A DNA stretch of 64,000 nucleotides, taken from positions 7,130,001 to 7,194,000 of the forward strand of contig OZ176054.1 of NCBI GenBank assembly GCA_964247055.1. Reading direction: 5' to 3'. Source of the DNA: Paragordius varius. Taxonomy: Eukaryota; Animalia; Nematomorpha. Under the pieces are notes generated by a model. The model searched no databases and was not told where the DNA came from. It saw only the letters and a program-made list of their open reading frames with translations. The translations under genes were made by a program, and so were the position numbers. Positions 1-11,550 of this stretch are shown in pieces (position 1 is the first letter of the stretch; each line of letters begins with the position of its first letter).

Positions 1-797
1 AATTTCTGGCCCCATAATATTGATTGTGTAAATTCATTCAAAACGAAACCAATCGCATATGCGTTGAAGTGGTGTGCGTGGTAGCGAAAAGCAACAACTT
101 TTCGATAGCGAGAAAAATAGGCAATACTCTTTACTTTGGAAATTGTGAATATGAATATGTGGGCGATAAAATCGTTAGCGGATAGTAATATTTAGCGGCC
201 GATATAGAAGAAAACGTTTTTTATATTATTTTTTAATTTTTTACCGTTTTTTGCATTCTACAAAATATAAAATACACTTCAACAAAATATTTTCAAAATT
301 AGAATATTATAGCAAAGTACGCAAAGTTTCCTTAGACACTTCAACTTTTAAACATTACAAGGTCAGTTGTCCTGGACCTTAAATTTTTTAACCATAATTT
401 TGCATGCATTTTTCTATTTTATTATTTTGCATGATTTTTTTGTTTGATTTTTCCATTCACAAACAATTTTTTTGTTTAAACTAATTCTATCCAATTTTTA
501 TACTTTTATGCATGTTTTTAACTAAAAATTTCAATTAATAATATTAAAAAACTATATTTAATTAAAAATGATTTTAATATTGAATTAAAAAAATACTATT
601 CTTGAATCATAAAACTGTTTTGAAAAGGTTAATTTTTATAAGAAAGATGTATGATCTATAGTATGGTTAAAAAAATTATAGGCAAAATAAAAATGTTCAA
701 GAAACAAAGTTGAATGGCCAATGAAGTTGTAAGGACTTCTTGAAGTGTTTAAGAGCTAACTTGAAGAGTTAAAAATCACTCTATAGTGTAAATAGTA

Positions 798-1250
798 TAT
801 TGTTGTTGTGGTTGTGTTTAACAGTAAGCTTTGATGGTGCACCATCGTAAGCTATCCAGCTTTTTGTGAAATAGTTCCTTATCAATACAATCTGTTTTTA
901 GCAGTTTGAGTTGTTGGAAATCCAGATCGATCTTTTTAGTCCAGGTTAAACGTAGGCGACCGGGCTTATTGTTGCCGGATGGAATGATGTCGAATGAGGT
1001 CCTGATCTGATTGTCAGGATTCATACGGTCAAGGTGACCGTAGTACCTCATTCTTTTGAATTGAATGAATTTGTCTATTATCTCTATTTGTATGTGATTG
1101 CGGATATCTTGGGGATTTAGTTGCGTTGGCATCAGGCGTAGTATGCGATTTTCCGCGCTGATAAAACGTTTCTTGAGTTTGTGCCAATGCCATGTATTAT
1201 AAAAATTTTATCGCGCTCTATATATTTTTTGCATTCACTTGTTAATTTTA
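798..1250 (-). mobile_element. 5'-truncated RTE-clade LINE fragment (C-terminal end of ORF plus CAA-rich tail)
   Basis: ORF 818-1132 (RMRYYGHLDRM...GRLRLTW...DLDF) resembles the RLRWFGHV.RM...GRP..TW C-terminus of RTE ORFs; followed on the minus strand by a (CAA)-rich tail at about 798-816. Confidence 0.75.
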
Positions 1251-2507
1251 CGAATTGAAAATGTTCGGTTTTCGCTACTCGGATAAAAAAAGTCAAAATT
1301 TATAGAAACATTGTTATATAAAATATATTATTTAACAATTTGTTTTGTGCAATTATCATCCAACAAAAAAATAATATAGTAAATATTAACTGTAAAAGTT
1401 GCTAGAGGCTTCTCGATCAATACACCCTAAAGTTAAATTGACTATGAGCCTGAAACATTATTAATTAAATTGTACTGAGTGTCTCATATATATTCTGATA
1501 GGAAAATGTATCAGGATTATCTTGGTGCTTTTGGTTTTGGCCATCGAGTGATTTAAGAAAGATATTTACTCTTTTGTAGTAACTGCTCCATATCAGAAAA
1601 TCGCAAAATTTACGCATATTTAATAAAAAAAAATTTTGTGAAAGTAAATGCTATATTCCAAAAAATCTCACTAAAATATATCAAAAACCACATATAAAAA
1701 ACAAATCAATATTCATATATAATTTTTACTTCTAGATGTGGGCTCCGAAAGTTCCATTTTTTTTCGTTAAAATAGGCTAGTTCTCTAAAAATAAACGCGA
1801 AAATGCAGGGACGGCATGATCTATGCTAAATTTTGACATAAAATTTTTTATGGTATTTCGAAACATGGCGGTAACAGTATAAAACGCTTTATGATATTAT
1901 AAAAACACTTTTTCCATATAATTTGATGATGCTGAACATTTCTCTCACTTCAGAATTTGAATTTAAAAGTTCGTTTGCTTTTAGATATATGTGAATGTTG
2001 TAAAAAAAAACAATTTACGACGTGAAGGAGTTGCGCATGACCGTTTTCATAACCAATATATATGGCATTTATTTGATATAAGCTTTTTTTATTATATAGT
2101 AATACGAATCCAAAATTATTAATTAGATGATTTGGTGATATTGACAGTGATACATAACATATATGTGTATATAAAATGAATGTGAAATATTTACATTTGT
2201 TTATAATTTAAACAAAAATTTTTTAGCTAACATTTAATAAAAAATATATATGCTTGAAACAATGTAGAGGAGCGCCAAGTTATAACATAAAATATATCAA
2301 AACTATTTTTAATTGTTCCCATATTACTTAGGAAATATTTTTTGATATGAATGTATTTGGTATTAAAATTATGTAATAAAAACTTATACATTGCGGATAT
2401 ATATAAATATACTTCATTATTTCTATTCACAAAATTTGATGCATTTTTTTATTTACAAGTCCCCATAATTTTGGATTGAGATTTAACATTACAGGTATAT
2501 ATTCTAA

Positions 2508-5500
2508 TTAAATAGCAAGCCCAAAAACATTTACAATGCAATACATAGTTTTATTTTCCCATCGGACCGTACAACTTCCTAAACGATATCAAAGATTTTG
2601 ATAAAATTAACATGCAATTAAAAAAGCGTTAAAAAAAATAAAATTTAAACGATACATTGAACACTATTTAATATATTTTAAAAAAACTCAAAATGAGACA
2701 ATTTTCAAAATACTATTTTATACAAATTTTTATGATGAAAATATATCAAATCATCCAAAATAGTTTATAAGAATCAGCCAAAATTATTCGAATTTTAACG
2801 AAAGTCTATTAGAATAAAACAATAAATATATACAAATATCTTTTTCAATCGTTATCCAAAACTTTAAATTAAAATAAAAATTAAATAAAGCACCATCAGT
2901 TGTATTATCCCAATAACATGAGCTAGCAGTATGTAATCCGGCACCGTTTTTTTGCATTATCACACAGGTGACTAAAAATATTGAAACATAAATAAAATTA
3001 TATTTCTCAGCTTTAAAATTACATAAATATTTATAATTCCTTAATTTTTCTCAACAAAAACCATTAATTATTTTTCCAGAATCAAATTTTAGATCATTTA
3101 TTAAATTTAATATATTTTGATAAATAGGTATACCAGTTGTAATTTCTTAACGAAAAAAACTGTTCCAAAACCTAAGTAAAATCAACAATTTATACATATA
3201 TATATATATATGAATGGAATATTAACTAGATATTTTTGTCGTTATTTTTTTTATGTGCATACAGAGACATACATGGATGTATATCAAGGCCATCTTCAAC
3301 ATAAAACAATTTTACATTTTTAGCTAATATGTTGTCTATATATGCTGCTTTGTTTATCACTTAACTTTTACCATGATATGCGGAGAATGAAATTGAAAAT
3401 TCAATTTTCCCATAATGTCACACAAATGCACAAACTTGCAAAAACTTAATACAAATTTATGGATGTTATAAGATATACGGAATTAAATATTCTTATGTTT
3501 CGTTAAAATAATTATTTCTCGGAAAACTAAATGAAATTATATTACTGTTAACAAAAACTAAACGGATGATCACAATATATGTAAAACGTTTTAAAATTCA
3601 TGATTAGTTTAATTTTAACTGGATCTCTCAAATAATTCCGTCGAAAACTTTCAAAAAAGTTAATAGCCATTTTTATAAAATTATTCGATTTAATGCGACA
3701 TACCTATATATTTAAAGGGTTTGCCCAGTTTGGTTAAGCGGGCAAGGCAATTTTCTACGACATTTGAGGTCCATTGATTGACTTTAGTGGGTTGATAGGT
3801 GTTACCACCAATTATATTTTCCACACTCTGTGAAAAAAATATAAATATAAATTTGTTACAAAACAATCAATATCGTAAATATTTTAATTTTTTTAAATAG
3901 AAATAAATAAATTTTGGCAAAATATCTATTGACATAAAGGGGAAACCAATCTAAATTTCCAAATTTTTTGTTAGATCTCTTTCAGATTCATATATTATAT
4001 ATGATCAATTTCTAATATATGAAAATTTATCGTAACGCTAAATGAATGAAAATATTCTAACCTAATGTCTAACCACTTTATAGGTCAACCACCAAGTTGA
4101 TTGATATAAGGGGTGAATAAAATTCAATCATGACGATTACAAAATTGCAAATCTTTAAATACAAATGTATTTAAGCCTTTTTTAAATTAATATAATTTGT
4201 ACAGAGGTATTTTCCATTTCTTAATAAAAAGGAAACGCTAAGAATTTCATAAATAAAATCCAACTAAACTAGTATCAAACTACTTTGTGAGTAAAGAATC
4301 AAAAAAATTATAAGGGCGAAAATATCCATGTTTTTTCCATTTTTCAGGTGTATATATTAAATAAACATACTTAGTTAATTTATTTAAACTGCAAATTGTA
4401 TGGACTAGCAGCCGTTTTTATAATTAAATTTCAACATCTGATCTTAACTAATTGAAAAGGCGTCAAAAATAAATGGTAGAAAATATCTCTAGAGATTTAA
4501 TTTTTTGTTTAAGAAAATTAATTAATAAACTGTGCAATTAAATTTAAACCTTAAAATAAAACGATATAATAATACTAGCAATAACTATCAAATAAAATGA
4601 ATTTAAAATACTAATTTTTTCAGGTTAATTGTTTTAGCATGTTTCTTATACGTTCGCATTTTTTCATTATTTTTCGTTTATATTAGATTTTAATTTTTAT
4701 AAACAAAAAATAAATCTTTAATTTTAAATTATTTTTATATAACATTAATTACAGCAGCAATTTGTTCATGTGTCAATAAATGTTAATTATCTATGCATGA
4801 ATTAATTTAAATTAAAAATTTAAACGCCTAAAACATATATAATATAATCATTAAATATAATTTTCGTAATGTATATTATGTCAAAACCTTTGGCTTTAAA
4901 TATTATTATTAATATAAAAGTTTTTTTGAAGTTTCCTTCCTTATAGATATTATAAAATGAATTTAAATAATAATTAATCAACGATATCTACATGACAAAT
5001 GGTAAGGTTAGAAAACTATCATATTTTTGATAAACTCAATATGGTATTTTGTGTCTTATGAATAAAATATCTAAGGAAAAAATGATAATAAATGTTAAAG
5101 AGATAAAAAAAAGTCTCACATTTTTTCCAAAGATGTGAGAAAAATATTAAATAGATATAACGATATTTTTAATCGGTTTTAAGAGCTTGATTATATAAAA
5201 ATATAGAGACATTAATATAATCGGAAAAATAATTTAAGGTTATAAGAGATCTAATAAAGGAATCAATATATATTTTGCACATGAACAAATATGAAGCTAA
5301 ACAAAGCGATGTCCTTGAAAAATATATATATTGTGGTAACATAATAGGATCTTTATATTAGGCTATAACAACTGATTCTAAAATACTATTTAAATTAAAT
5401 AAAAATATCTTTTAAACTATTTTCAATGCTAAGTTGAAAATTTGAAAACTTTATAAGCCGATTTCAAGGTCAGTTATTATTTGGTAAGTAAAAAAAATTA

Positions 5501-5614
5501 ATAAAATTGCAGGAGAAAAAATAAATTACCTCTTTAATAATCGTACTAACTTCTTCAACGATAAATTGATTCTAAAATTAATATGTAATATACTTCTTCT
5601 GTCTTAACTTCCAT
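2508..5614 (-). CDS. DYNLT1: Dynein light chain, Tctex-type (112 aa, 5 exons)
   Basis: Exons 5594-5614, 5530-5571, 3704-3827, 2894-2971, 2508-2578, all GT-AG and phase-consistent, give [111 protein letters not shown], closely matching recalled Tctex-1. Missed by the ORF track because the exons are short. DYNLT1 versus DYNLT3 not formally resolved. Confidence 0.95.
5572..5593 (-). other. 22-nt GT-AG mini-intron (DYNLT1 intron 1)
   Basis: GTATATTACATATTAATTTTAG; removal joins MEVKTEE to [14 protein letters not shown] in frame. Confidence 0.9.
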
Positions 5615-5681
5615 GAGATTGCGGAGAGGAGAATTTGAAAAATTTTGTCATGCAAATCAAATCATATGGATCATGATGTGA

Positions 5682-8600
5682 ATGTATGCACAAAAGGCAT
5701 GGGAAATTCTCAAATTCAAAAGTCCACAAATTTTGAACAGCCTTACTTCACTGCCCATTATAAATAATGCAAATGATGTATTGATTAAAGTCAAAGCCTC
5801 AAGTTTGAATCCGTTAGATGTATGGATGAGAGGTTTAAATGTGTTTTGACGTAGATTCTTATGGCTCATTCTTATTTAGTAAGCTTAAAGTAATGAATCA
5901 ATTGTACACCGGTTTTGATGAGGATGCCAAACTTGTTTTAGGAAGAGATTTTAGCGGAGAAATAATAGATATGGGTACAAATGTTAAATATGTCATGGGT
6001 CAAGAAGTATAATTTAATTTTTTGCAATTTAACTTTAGTTTTCATATAATTTTTAAAATAAAATATTTACCGTAGTTTTTGTGTCTTTTATTAAAATAGT
6101 AAATCATATAGGAGAAATATTTTAAAACTGTCAAAAGGCCTATTAATAATTTGACCATTATGCAACATTCTACCATTTATTTGTCATATAATTAAAATAA
6201 AAAGTTCGATTGTCGAAATATCAGTTATTATAAAATGATCATATGCAAAGTTTTACATGCAATCTTTATATTACTCCAGTTTTATTCATGTTTTAGCTTT
6301 TTATAATGGTTTTTATTATTTATTTTGTTGTCTGATTCTTAAAGCATGTAAATATTGCTAATCCGTATCACATTTTTGCAGTTTCTTATATGGCATCCTG
6401 TCTCCTAATTATTAGTTTTATTAATAATTTTGAGTTTCCCAAAATTACAAAAAATCTCAAATATTTACTTGCAATGTTTTTTACAAACAATAATGCGGGT
6501 TTATTTTGGGTAGGGTTAAAGTATAATATTTTCTATGCTTTTGGTTCATCTTTTAAATATTTTGACATTAAAAATAAAGAAATTAGATTTTTACATTTAT
6601 TTTTACAAGTTTCAAATATAATTTTTGTTTTTGGGCTAGCTAATTAATCTTATAATGCTCTCTTTTTTTAAGGTTAAATTTGCTGATGATACAAACTTAA
6701 TATAATCCCAATTTCATGTTTTATAAGTTCCCATGTTTCTATTTAATATTTTGATTTAGCAATGTAACATAATACCTTTACATTTCAATTTTAAATATTT
6801 GAAATTCACTCTAATCAGATCTAAATTAACTTATAATTATGAAATTCAGAAATAAATCATTTCTTTTGTAAAGGACAAATGATGAAATTTAAACATTCAA
6901 GGAGGAAATAAATCTAACCTTGAAATATATAGTGCATGAGTTGAGGTGTATTTTTACTTTACACATGCCTTTATGAAAAAACTTGATTAAATAACACTGG
7001 ACAACAAATTTTTCTGCCACTCGAGTTTTTTGCATTTTCTGATATTTAGTATCATTTTAACAGTAAATCTGAAATAAAAATTATAACTCGTTGGAAGAAT
7101 TTTGTATAATTTGATTTTTTTGATTATGCGCCCTCTTTATCAAAATTTTACTAAAAAATGTTTTTCTTTGAAAATATACAAGTTAATGCCCATTTGTAAT
7201 ATATCATTCGAAAGAGTATTAAAAAAACTATAAAATGCATACTAATATGTATTACATCGACAGTTAATATTGGACCCAGAGACCGACAAACGCGCGAAGC
7301 GAGAGCATTTTTTTTTAATTATTAAATTTTTAAAACTAATGGATGAAAATAGCTCAAACTTTGTTTAGATGGTGATGAATGTCCAAAAAAGATAACACAA
7401 GAAAGTTTTTTTGATTAAAACATTTTTTATTGCTTTTATGTCACTCAAAATAGCCATTTTTAAGTTTTTTGTTTTTTAAAAATTACCATATCATCAATAT
7501 TAATTTATTTTCTTTACGAGGCTGATAATTTCGAAATTTTAAAGATAAAAACAAAGTTTAAGGTATTTTTAATCTTTTATAGCCATTATGTAATAAATTT
7601 ACAGTTATAACTATGCATTTTAGTATCCACTAGGTAAAATATTTATGATAATAATAATTTTTATTAAAAAAGCAAACCAAAAGCTTTTTCAAACATTTTT
7701 GGTAAATTAAATACTAATACAACCCTAATAATTATATTAAAATAATTTATATGATTTTCAAATTAGTTTGTCTGTGAAAAGACTTGACTTATTTAAGGAT
7801 TGAAAATTTCGACCATTTAAATCCAAATAACTTTTACATCCGATTGATTTAAATGATTTACTATCTTTTGAAAGATTCAGTTTTTTGCGCTCTTTCGAAC
7901 ATAAAATACATGGCTTCATATCTAAAACTTTAAATTTTCGAAATTTCGAGTTTAATGTTAAATCGGGGACAAAAATTATCGATACTAATATAAAAAAATT
8001 CTTCCATGCTAGACCAATTTTCTTTTCAGATATACTAATTATGTACTTTAATGAAATAAATTTTAAATTTACAAGAATGGCAGTTAAAAAAAGTTAATTG
8101 TTGTCTAGTGTAATGGTTATCAAACAGTAAAAAATGAATTTACAAAAAAACGTCAAAAGTCAAAGGCTAATATTTTTCATCCAAATCTTATTTTTGACCT
8201 TTGATTATTTTAACCTATAAAGGGAAAGAGATGTTGATTGGGTAACGCATTCAATTACATTTATTTGAATTGTCATAAAATAGATAGAGAAAATAAAAAT
8301 TCCCTATTAAAAATTTTTTTCTCATGTAAGATATCTTTAAATGCCTACATGTAAAAAGGTTTGGGGTACACTTGGAATACAACGTTGGTTAGGATCTCAA
8401 TCGAAATATACTATAGCGTCTCAGAATGCACTTTGCCTAAAACCGCGTAATTTAACGCACATTCAATCCGCTTCGCTTCCTTACATCGCTATGACAGTCA
8501 TGTCTTCTTTATTATCGACTTTGCCCAAATTTATTGTTTGTGATAGTATGGCTAATTTTTTGACTGGCCGACGGAATGGCGAATGCGATGTTAACCGAGA

Positions 8601-11280
8601 AAATCATTTTAATCATGAGTACAAAATTATTTTTATATATCACTACTACCTTCTTATCACATAGTTTTTTTGATTTTTTACTTTTCATCTCTTCTCCTGT
8701 AAGTTGAGATATACAGTGCCTCTTCTCCATAATCACTCCGATTTTGGAAAAAACATGTAACCATCATGACCCTTTTAATATAACATCATTTTGAATAATT
8801 AATAAATCATAATTCAAAAAAGATTAAACCAATTTTTTATCTTTGTCTCATTCTATGGGTTACATAATTGCCACAAACTAATAGTTGTCGGAAAAAAGGT
8901 TTAAGGCGCCTTATTTAAAAATCGAAAAAGTGCATGATGATCAGCTAAATCTAGTTTATAAGCGGTTTACTTAAAATTCCATTATGACGGGATGGGGATT
9001 ATTATAAAAGTACCGAAGTGACCCACTGTATTAAAAAATTTTCTTGTAACATTACTAAACATTTGTCATATTTTTTTAGTCCAAATGGTATATTTTTTCC
9101 GTGTAAAGCACGTGTGCAATATATACCATTTACAGTTCAAATTCACCCTTGCACAATTTAAATTCGCCCTCGAACAATTCAAATTCACCTTCACCCTAAA
9201 AAAATATGTGTTTTTGAACTAATATAACTGATTGTCATTATAAAATGCATCTTTATGGCATAGTTTATTATTTTTTCAGTATTATTTTAATTTAAAACAA
9301 ATTTTTTATTTTTCCAAAATATAGAAAAATATAGGTAATTTTTAATCTTAAAAAACATATATATTTGAGGGTGAATTTGAATTGTTCAAGGCTAAATTTC
9401 AATTGTTTAAGGGTGAATTTGATGTAAATGGTATATATATTTAATTTAAAAACAATTGTCATTATACTAATTAGACAATCACCTGAAAAATTTGATGGGA
9501 ATAATCCACGTTATAGGGATGAAGATTTAGACAACCATTTAAGCCATGTGTTTGACAATAAAGATATTTTGCTTAGGGCGGGGAGTGGTGGTATAGCAAC
9601 ATTTTTTGTTCAAGTATAAGTTTTTTCATTTTTTTATATTGATAATAATTTATAGACACTAAAATTATTAAACTTTCAAGATAAAATAATTTATAAATTA
9701 CTTATAATCCGTTTTTTTGGTTTGATGATATCTTCTATTTAAAAATGGGCAAAATATCCATATATATATAATATGTTTAGTTGGCTAAAGCCTATAAAGC
9801 TCGTCAAGTCGTTTGCATTTGTCAATCAGTAAATCATTCAAAAATGCATGAATTGGGCGCAGATTTGTGTTTGGATCATAAAAATCCATCTTTTTACATG
9901 GATCTTAAAACAATTGGCAAGTTTGTCATATCTTTCCTATATCTATACATGTTATTTTATTATAAAAACGTTTTGGAATGAGTGCTTTAAATTTGAAAGA
10001 TATTTTATACCTTTATAATATTCATACAAAGTTGCCAAATTGGGTAAACACTATTTTGAAATCTAATTAATCTATATTGTAGGGAAAAATTAATTGTTTT
10101 AGACAATATTATTAACGATAAAACTTTACAAATTAGCATTATTTTACAAATTATGCACGAACAAATAAATATTTTGATTCACACACCAAAACAATATATA
10201 ATAAATTTTATATTTTCTTATGATTAGATTCGATTTGATTTACGATGCAATTGGTGGAACGCGTGATGATATTGAAGATTTTACCCAATTATTAAAGTCA
10301 TCCAGTAAATATATAAGTCTTTCTACTCCCTTGATTACTAACTTTGATCGATACGGTTATAACCCATTGGGGCTTGTTTTAACCCTAAAGGATTTTGTTG
10401 GAAAAAATATACAGGTATTGTGGTATCTAAACCGAAAAACCCCTATATTATTTACTTTATTATCAAATGATAATTGAAACATCAATTTTCAACATTTAAA
10501 TAATTCTTTCCTTGTAATTTGAGATTCGTTTATTTACAATGGTGCTAGGTATGGTGAATAAATAAAATCCAGTTTAAAATTATATATGATTTTTTAATTT
10601 TTTTAAATTTTAATTAGTATAAAATACAGGAATATTTTAATAATTAATCGCTCCTTATTTATTTTTATTACAAATTTGCCTTTTTAAAATTTGAATCGGT
10701 TGATGTTTATGAAAAGGCTAGAAAAATTATTATTCACAAAAGGATAAGCATTAAAACTTTATATAATGGGGTCGTAATGACAAATTTTTATATTTTACCA
10801 TTATCTTGCTATATATCAATAGACGTTATCAAATAATTCCACCTTTCATTATGGATTCTATCGGCCAAGTTCACGTTTTATGCGCAAATTGACACAACTT
10901 GTTGAATCTGATAAAGTTAGTTTTCTTTTATTATATCATACTTCATTTCTTTTCACAGTAAAATAAGCCACTATGAAATAAAATTCCTTAAAAGTTATTT
11001 TTTTAAATAAACGGGGTTAATAATCGATTTATAAGGAAAAAAGATACACTTTAAAAATTTGCGGCTGTTTTATTAAGAAAATTTGACCACTTCTTACATC
11101 TTACACCAATCTTTTTAAGCTTTTATTTAAATAATAATAATAATATATATGACTATATAGATTAAACCGGTAATTGACCGCGTGTTTGAATTCAATCAAC
11201 TACCTATGGCCTATGAATACTATAAGGACAAAACTAAAGCCATATTTGGCAAAATTGTTATAACTCATGAAAATATTTAA
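5682..11280 (+). CDS. RTN4IP1: Reticulon-4-interacting protein 1-like NADPH oxidoreductase (MDR / quinone reductase family), 8 exons
   Basis: Exons 5682-5832, 5855-6006, 8359-8618, 9475-9613, 9781-9920, 10228-10414, 10823-10915, 11161-11280. Motifs VLIKVKASSLNPLDVWMR, LGRDFSG, LTHIQSASLPYIAMT, AGSGGIATF, ELGAD, IKPVIDRVFEF...GKIVI match recalled RTN4IP1. The exon 3 boundaries (AAG acceptor at 8358, donor at 8619) are the least certain. Confidence 0.88.
5833..5854 (+). other. 22-nt GT-AG mini-intron (RTN4IP1 intron 1)
   Basis: GTTTAAATGTGTTTTGACGTAG; the unspliced frame hits TGA, while splicing gives WMR-D-SYG (cf. NMRSGYG) with near-orthologous spacing to LGRD. Confidence 0.8.
6995..8110. 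mobile_element. Non-autonomous CACTA/EnSpm-like DNA element, copy 1 (about 1.1 kb)
   Basis: Ends CACTGGACAACAAATT ... TTGTTGTCTAGTG; 3-bp TAA on both flanks; nearly collinear with 51255-52374; no transposase ORF. Confidence 0.8.
8714..9028. mobile_element. Possible old Tc1-like MITE
   Basis: TA-CAGTG ... CACTG-TA ends, with only weak similarity beyond the terminal 5 bp. Confidence 0.35.
9126..9431. mobile_element. MITE family A copy (TA TSD)
   Basis: TIRs CCATTTACAGTTCAAATTCACCC ... GGGTGAATTTGATGTAAATGG flanked by TA; related copies at 13539-13784, 48562-48875, 54385-54610 and a partial copy near 37940-38075. Confidence 0.8.
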
Positions 11281-11550
11281 TAAATTTTATTTGATATGTA
11301 TGAATATATGTTTATATGAATATCGTAATATGGCAATAAAAATACTAATGATAAAACTATCTATAATTAATTTTAAATATATATATTGTGATATTGGGAA
11401 TAATAATTTATACTTTGATTAATTGGTATATGGAAAATATTGTAAGTAAAGTATCAAAAATATAAGTACGAATGATTGCAAATTACAAAAAGATTAAAAG
11501 AATAATAATATTTTTAAAGTAATTTAATCTGGTTAAAATATATCGAAAAA

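Noticed and set aside
3240-3400. Open stretch in DYNLT1 intron 3 ([12 protein letters not shown]...)
   Set aside because: No start or usable splice sites; no homology recognised.
5657-5869. 70-aa minus-strand ORF
   Set aside because: Antisense shadow of RTN4IP1 exon 1; the true minus-strand gene (DYNLT1) starts at 5614.
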